From positions 1-41,390 of the forward strand of contig DAOWME010000002.1 in assembly GCA_030643245.1 (NCBI GenBank): a stretch of 41,390 nt of DNA. The letters are read 5' to 3'. Positions 36,231 through 41,390 of this stretch are shown in pieces. Below the pieces are notes generated by a model, which was given only the letters and a program-made list of their open reading frames with translations, searched no databases and was not told where the DNA came from. The stretch's first letter is position 1, and each line of letters opens with the position of its first letter. Source of the DNA: Deltaproteobacteria bacterium (GTDB lineage Bacteria; Desulfobacterota; UBA8473). The position numbers and the translations under genes were made by a program.

Positions 36231-37720
36231 AGCCATCCCATTATCGAGAACAATGGACCACTTTGACCAAACAGGAACCAAACATTGAAAGTGTAAGTCA
36301 ACTGGCGCGGCAGGTGGCGTTTTCATTCATGGATCATCACTTTCATCGAGGCTGCTACGAGGAAGCGTATATCGATTTACTCTGTGAAATGGCAACATCC
36401 TCAGAGAGTCTCGAAGTAAACCGGTTTGTGGCAGCGGCCTTGTTCGGCATTATCGTGGAGGGGTTGTGTGATGATTTTGAGGAGATGCAAACACAGACTT
36501 ATAACCGGGTCATGAGTCAGGTGATTTCATTCTGTCGCAGCCTTCCTGCAGGCAAGGACCTCGATCACCGATTGGATGCTTTTGGAGTTCACTCTTCCGG
36601 AGAATTCCTGCAGCGTATAGACAGGATCAGAACGGACCACAAAGTTCTCCCGCTTCCTGAGCATATTTCCAAAATATTACTGCTCTCGAGGGTCACCATA
36701 GGCGCGGATGTGGCCATTACCAGTGTGGTTGTCCAGCGTTTAAGCAAGCGCTTCCCTGATGCAGAGATAGTGATCCTGGGCAGCAAGAAACTCGAAGAAA
36801 TCTATGGGGGCAATCCACGGATAAGGATCATGGAGGTATTGTACAACCGGCGTGGCGGTTTGATTGAGCGTCTGTCCAACTGGCATGATGTATTGGACAT
36901 TATTGACCGGGAAATCAACCACTCTTCACAGGAAAAGTTCATCCTTGTTGACCCTGACTCACGCCTTTCACAGCTCGGCACCCTCCCCCTTGTGCCATCC
37001 AGTCGTTACTTTTTTTTCGACAGCCGATCTGCGGAATCGTTTGATCATATGCTGTCTATTGCGGAGTTGACGAACCGGTGGCTGGATACTATCCTGGAAA
37101 CAACCGAGTTTTACTACCCTGCTTTGTGGGCCCCTCAGCATTACCTAGAAAAGGCAGCATCTTTTTGCAGGGAACTCCGAGAAGGGGGCTCCCGGAATGT
37201 CTTCATTGTAAACCTTGGTGTTGGTGGAAATTACCGTAAACGGGTGGAGGGAGATTTTGAGAAAGAATTGCTTCTATGCCTTCTCAAGGAACCCCGATCC
37301 ATGATCCTTCTGGACAGAGGGTTCGGCGAGGAAGAAATGGCACGGACAAAAGCACTGTTGGACTCTGTGTCAGACCATGGGTATCCGGTTGTCGATGCTT
37401 CTTTTGACGCTCTGAAAGTGTGGGATATCATAAGCGGTGTTGTTGGCATTCACTGTAGTATTGGGGAGATTGCCGCGTTGATTGCAAATGGTGATGAATT
37501 TATCGGGTATGACTCTGCCTGCCAGCATATAGCCGCTGCCCTTGGTGTGCCAACATTGACGGTTTTCGCAGGATCAAATAACATGCGGTTCGTCCGTCGC
37601 TGGAGCGCCTGCGGGAAGAACAAGCATACCATCGTTCACGTGGACACACTATCGACCCATGGTTATGTGAACAGCAATGATCTCGTGAAACGCGTTATGG
37701 ATGCGCGGATGAACAGTTAA
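36227..37720 (+). CDS. GT9-like glycosyltransferase with ~150-aa N-terminal extension of unknown function
   Basis: Central ILLLSRVTIGADVAITSVVVQRLSKRFPDAEIVILGS and C-terminal GYDSACQHIAAALGVPTLTVFAG resemble heptosyltransferase motifs. ATGA overlap with the upstream GT9 gene. Confidence 0.6.
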   Translation: MKPSHYREQWTTLTKQEPNIESVSQLARQVAFSFMDHHFHRGCYEEAYIDLLCEMATSSESLEVNRFVAAALFGIIVEGLCDDFEEMQTQTYNRVMSQVISFCRSLPAGKDLDHRLDAFGVHSSGEFLQRIDRIRTDHKVLPLPEHISKILLLSRVTIGADVAITSVVVQRLSKRFPDAEIVILGSKKLEEIYGGNPRIRIMEVLYNRRGGLIERLSNWHDVLDIIDREINHSSQEKFILVDPDSRLSQLGTLPLVPSSRYFFFDSRSAESFDHMLSIAELTNRWLDTILETTEFYYPALWAPQHYLEKAASFCRELREGGSRNVFIVNLGVGGNYRKRVEGDFEKELLLCLLKEPRSMILLDRGFGEEEMARTKALLDSVSDHGYPVVDASFDALKVWDIISGVVGIHCSIGEIAALIANGDEFIGYDSACQHIAAALGVPTLTVFAGSNNMRFVRRWSACGKNKHTIVHVDTLSTHGYVNSNDLVKRVMDARMNS

Positions 37721-37729
37721 GAGTTAAGA

Positions 37730-38098
37730 ATGAAGAATGATAAATCAATTATTGCCGAACGAAGTGTTGCGTATTCACTACGTATTATCAAGGTGTATCG
37801 TGAATTGGAAAAGGACGGTGTGGGCCAAATCCTGGGAAAACAACTCTTACGTTCGGGAACCTCTGTTGGAGCGAATATACATGAAGCACAAGGCGCCCAG
37901 AGCAAGGCCGATTTCATCTCAAAGATTTCCATCGCTTACAAAGAGGCGCGTGAATCTGCCTATTGGCTTCGTCTGCTCCAGGAAGCAGAACTGATCCCCC
38001 CTAGACGTTTAAGAGATCTATCTGACGAGACTGAACAACTGATCAAGATTCTATCTTCAATCATAGTGACATCAAAGAAAGGCAAGAGAAACTCATGA
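37730..38098 (+). CDS. Four-helix-bundle protein (TIGR02436; '23S rRNA intervening-sequence protein' / Avd-like family)
   Basis: 122 aa. LGKQLLRSGTSVGANIHEAQGAQSKADFISKISIAYKEARESAYWLRLL is the family signature. Confidence 0.88.
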   Translation: MKNDKSIIAERSVAYSLRIIKVYRELEKDGVGQILGKQLLRSGTSVGANIHEAQGAQSKADFISKISIAYKEARESAYWLRLLQEAELIPPRRLRDLSDETEQLIKILSSIIVTSKKGKRNS

Positions 38099-38136
38099 TT
38101 CTTAACTCTTCACTCTTAACTCTTCACTCTTAACTA
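38099..38136 (+). repeat. 14-bp tandem repeat (ctcttaactcttca x ~2.7) forming the right arm of the inverted repeat around the four-helix-bundle gene
   Basis: ttcttaactcttca|ctcttaactcttca|ctcttaacta. 38098-38110 is the perfect complement of 37719-37731. Confidence 0.85.
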
Positions 38137-39654
38137 ATGAAAGTACTCTTCATTTACCCTAACGTGGGATCACAGGTAGGCTTCAATTACGGCATCTCCC
38201 ACATGTCTTCTGTGCTCAAGCACGGAGGGCATGAGGTGGAATGCTGGCAAATCTGCGAATCCCTTGACCCACTGCCTACCTGTGAAGAGTTCGCTGCGCG
38301 TTTGCAGGAGATTGAGCCTGACCTCGTCGGATTTTCTGTTGTCACAAATCAATGGCCCTATGCCAAAAGGCTGGCCTCATGGGCTAGAGAAACAGTTTCA
38401 GCACCGTTGATTATCGGTGGAATACATGCTACCGCAGCAACTCGACAGATCCTGGACACAGGGCTCTTTGACTATGTTTTCAGAGGGGAATGCGACGAGG
38501 CGATCCTGGAATTTGCGGATATGTTGTCCAGAGGTGAAGACGTTGCCTGTATACGCAACGTGGCCCTGGTCCGTGACAAGAAGGTCATAATCAACCCTGT
38601 TCGTCCTTTTCCGGTAATCAGAGATTTACCAGTTAAAGAATATCAGATCTTCGATTTCCAACGGGTCATCAATGCCAAAGACGGATGGGTCGGACTTATC
38701 GCTTCTAGGGGATGTCCTTTTTCCTGCACATATTGTTTGAATCACCAGATCAAAAACCAGTACAAAATTGACCTGAACTGCAGTCTTGGAGAGCTGAATT
38801 TTATTCGCCATCTTGATGTCGGTCAGGTAATAGGCGAAATCGAATTTCTCCTCAACACTTACAAGAACATCAAAACATTTATATTTGATGATGACCTCTT
38901 CACCTTTAGTAAAGAATATGTGAGGGAATTCTGTAAAGCATACAAGAAAGTCTGTAGTATTCCCTTTGTAGTGAACGCTCATTTTCATTATTTTGATGAA
39001 GATAGGGCGCGGTATCTTGCGGCAGCTAACTGCAAGATAGTGAAATTCGGGATAGAAAGCGGTAACGAACGCATACGCAAGGAGGTTCTGAACCGTCGTA
39101 TGAGCAATCAATTGATGATGGACAAGGTCGAGATTGCGGAACGGCAGGGATTGCACGCGTCCGTCTTTATTATGATCGGACTTCCCTACGAAACCATGGA
39201 TGACGTCATAGACACGGTCCGTTTAACCGCGCAGGCAAGACCCGGCCGGTTCAGATGGACAAAGTTCTTCCCCTATCCCGGAACCAAAGCAGCCGAACTC
39301 AGTGTGCAGGGTGGATATGTGGATTTTGACAAGATGGAGAACCTCATGAACTTCACGGATGAATCCTGCCTTGACTTCGGTACTCAACATAACCTTTTTC
39401 TCGAAAAAGTGGGTCAACTCTTCCCGTGGTTCGTCAATGCGTATTCCGGCCTGTCTGTTGCCCCATTCTATGAGAGAAAGATGAAAGAGGTTCTGGCAAT
39501 GGATCGCTATGAATGGGGGAAAATATCCCCCGGCCTTCTTGATGAAGACAAGAGGATATCGAGAAATTTTGTTGACCGGAGGAAGAGTCACTACGCATTT
39601 AAATACAATACTTTCACAGGTGTTATTTCCGACTACTTTACAGCTGAGGGCTAA
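38137..39654 (+). CDS. B12-binding-domain radical SAM enzyme (class B rSAM, substrate unknown)
   Basis: N-terminal B12-binding-like domain (KVLFIYPN...VGFSVVT), radical SAM cluster motif SRGCPFSCTYC, 505 aa. Confidence 0.85.
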   Translation: MKVLFIYPNVGSQVGFNYGISHMSSVLKHGGHEVECWQICESLDPLPTCEEFAARLQEIEPDLVGFSVVTNQWPYAKRLASWARETVSAPLIIGGIHATAATRQILDTGLFDYVFRGECDEAILEFADMLSRGEDVACIRNVALVRDKKVIINPVRPFPVIRDLPVKEYQIFDFQRVINAKDGWVGLIASRGCPFSCTYCLNHQIKNQYKIDLNCSLGELNFIRHLDVGQVIGEIEFLLNTYKNIKTFIFDDDLFTFSKEYVREFCKAYKKVCSIPFVVNAHFHYFDEDRARYLAAANCKIVKFGIESGNERIRKEVLNRRMSNQLMMDKVEIAERQGLHASVFIMIGLPYETMDDVIDTVRLTAQARPGRFRWTKFFPYPGTKAAELSVQGGYVDFDKMENLMNFTDESCLDFGTQHNLFLEKVGQLFPWFVNAYSGLSVAPFYERKMKEVLAMDRYEWGKISPGLLDEDKRISRNFVDRRKSHYAFKYNTFTGVISDYFTAEG

Positions 39655-39744
39655 AGACCATACCCGGTCCACGCTGATTAGATGAAGGTATCGAAGGTTG
39701 ATCCTTCCGGGTTGATCAGGAATCATACTGTTTGGAATATTGAG

Positions 39745-41043
39745 ATGGGGTCAAAAGCAAGAATTGTGTTTCTGGCTGTGGTATTAGCGATCTACATAAG
39801 CTCCGGAGTGCAGGTCATCCATAAGGCCAAGGCGAATCGAACGGCATTCTTACGCTGGAGCCATTACACGGAAATGCTCGGTCGTGGAGAGATGATCTAT
39901 AATCTCGAAGGAGCGCAATATCCCAACTTGCCCATGATGGCGCTTATTTTGACCCCCTTCCATGCGATGGGGAACCTAGTGGGGTCGTTCTGCTGGTTAA
40001 CATTTAAGTATTTACTACTGTTGGCCATCGTTTGGACGGCGATAAAAGTCTCCCGGAACAGTGGCCCGCCCTGGCCCGACTGGGCGCTCGTAGTGCTATT
40101 GCTGTTAAGCGTAAGGGTGTTTGTAAGTGACCTAACCCATGGAAACGTGAACTTGATCATTGGAGCGCTCATTGCCGGAGCGCTTTTCTGTTCTTATCAA
40201 ACCAGAGATTTCCTGGCAGGTTTGGCAATTGGCCTTGCAATTGTACTCAAGGTAACACCGCTGCTTTTTCTACTTTATTTCATCTATAAACGACGGTGGT
40301 TAAGCGTGTCCGGATTAGTAGTCGGTGTTGTGCTGTTTTTATGGGTTGTGCCAGGGTTTGTATTGGGGTTTGAATTCAACATGCAATTGATAACAGCATG
40401 GTACAAGCAAATGATTCATCCCTTCTTAAGCGGTCAACCAGTGGGCTACCTTCAGACAGCCCACATAAATCAATCGTTCACCGGCTTATTTTATCGTCTA
40501 TTGTCGGATACAGTGGCTATGGAAGCAAATGCCGGCAGAGGTTACGGCGAGTTGCGGATTAATTTATTATCATTGGATCAACAGACGGTGTCTCTAATAG
40601 TGAGGCTGGCCTCAATATCTGTGTTGGCTTGCCTGGTTGCATTTTGCCGCACGCCTCGGGAGGATCGCAGGCACCTGGGTAACGTAGGAGAATTTGCCCT
40701 TGTGTTTTTAGCCATGTTGTTTCTTTCAGAGCGGTCGTGGAAGCATCACTACGTCTTGCTCATACTTGCGCATGGCTTCCTGCTCTATTTTCTGTTAGTC
40801 ATGAGACCAAGAGGATGGCGTAAATGGCTGCCGTTGTCTTCTCTGACTGTAGCTGTCTTCTGTCATTCTCTTGTGAGTGACTCGACATTGGGGCATTACT
40901 GGAGCAATGTTGCGGAGGCTTATGGGGTATTTCTTTTTGGTGGTATTTCGTTGTTCGTCGGCTGCTCCGCCGCTTTAACTGCGTTGAGGTTGAGCAGATG
41001 GCCAAGTCATACCGGCATTACAGAAATTTCAGACGCGCATTAA
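39745..41043 (+). CDS. Polytopic membrane glycosyltransferase (GT87/DUF2029-like)
   Basis: About 11 hydrophobic helices. YPNLPMMALILTPF loop motif and GNVNLIIGALI..LKVTPLLFLLY, typical of DUF2029/GT-C enzymes. Start is ATG 39745 or ATG 39682. Confidence 0.65.
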   Translation: MGSKARIVFLAVVLAIYISSGVQVIHKAKANRTAFLRWSHYTEMLGRGEMIYNLEGAQYPNLPMMALILTPFHAMGNLVGSFCWLTFKYLLLLAIVWTAIKVSRNSGPPWPDWALVVLLLLSVRVFVSDLTHGNVNLIIGALIAGALFCSYQTRDFLAGLAIGLAIVLKVTPLLFLLYFIYKRRWLSVSGLVVGVVLFLWVVPGFVLGFEFNMQLITAWYKQMIHPFLSGQPVGYLQTAHINQSFTGLFYRLLSDTVAMEANAGRGYGELRINLLSLDQQTVSLIVRLASISVLACLVAFCRTPREDRRHLGNVGEFALVFLAMLFLSERSWKHHYVLLILAHGFLLYFLLVMRPRGWRKWLPLSSLTVAVFCHSLVSDSTLGHYWSNVAEAYGVFLFGGISLFVGCSAALTALRLSRWPSHTGITEISDAH

Positions 41044-41106
41044 TTTTCCAACCCATCCTGTTTGGTTGGAAATCTAGGAGGTATCGACAATATTACAAGA
41101 AATTTG

Positions 41107-41219
41107 GGCATCCTTCATAAAAGCTTCAAAGTAGTTTACACTTTCTAATAAAAAAACGGTCTCGGCACAGATTCAGCAGCCATAATTTAAAAAGTGTAAA
41201 CCAATGTATGAAGGATGCC
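41107..41219 (+). mobile_element. Family-2 MITE-like element, compact copy (113 bp) with 8-bp target-site duplication
   Basis: Termini ggcatccttcata...gtttacacttt / aaagtgtaaac...tatgaaggatgcc. A perfect direct repeat gaaatttg lies at 41099-41106 and 41220-41227. Confidence 0.85.
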
Positions 41220-41242
41220 GAAATTTGCTTAAAAAATACCAA

Positions 41243-41390
41243 GGGACGTGGCCGAAATAACTTCCCCATTTGTACATCTCATCTTCAGGCCATCTTTGAC
41301 CGATCTTCAAACACAAAATCCTCGAAATAGGTAAGACTATTCCTGTGGTTTTGTATTTTCAGATCGAACAAATCTAACCTAAATCTGAGC
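41243..41390 (+). mobile_element. Family-1 MITE-like element, copy F (right end clipped by window end)
   Basis: gggacgtggccgaaataacttcc..., collinear with copy C to the last base of the window. Confidence 0.9.

Noticed and set aside
37730-38098. The four-helix-bundle gene as the Avd component of a diversity-generating retroelement.
   Set aside because: The window contains no reverse transcriptase. Only 38 bp separate the gene from the next CDS, which leaves no room for a template repeat. I saw no VR/TR-like duplicated segment at the 3' end of the upstream gene.

Overview
This 41.4-kb window is chromosomal. It most likely comes from an anaerobic Desulfobacterota-like (deltaproteobacterial) organism, an inference based only on the Hmc/Tmc-type redox module. 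I support 30 CDS.

(1) Positions 644-7924 hold a membrane redox gene cluster. It encodes a Trp-rich repeat protein, a NarI-like cytochrome b, an HdrD-like CCG Fe-S protein, a 17-CxxCH cytochrome c, a Tat-exported 4x[4Fe-4S] ferredoxin and an NrfD-like membrane subunit.

(2) A long housekeeping stretch follows: mutL, a TIGR00725/LOG-like gene, a DedA/YqaA-like gene, surE, rpsU, thiL, lon, relA/spoT, rpmB, a DUF523 gene, purM, recG, tex, recQ, mdh, trmFO, comEC and traB.

(3) Positions 35172-41043 hold an envelope-glycan cluster. It encodes a GT9 heptosyltransferase, a GT9-like protein with an N-terminal extension, a B12-binding radical SAM enzyme and a GT87/DUF2029 membrane glycosyltransferase. 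The cluster is interrupted by a small four-helix-bundle ('23S rRNA IVS protein'/Avd-like) gene cassette.

I saw no rRNA, tRNA, CRISPR array, transposase or recognisable defence genes.

The most unusual signal is non-coding. Nearly every long intergenic region carries short palindromic MITE-like repeats from at least five families.

- Family 1 dominates. It is a ~180-bp rod-like hairpin element present at 6 loci, including both window ends. It has TAA/TTA target duplications, and its 22-23-bp terminal stem changes in a compensatory way between copies.
- Family 2 has one copy with a perfect 8-bp target duplication and another copy carrying a different palindromic element nested inside it.

All coordinates and motifs were read by eye from the sequence. 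Homology calls rest on recognisable motifs, not on searches.
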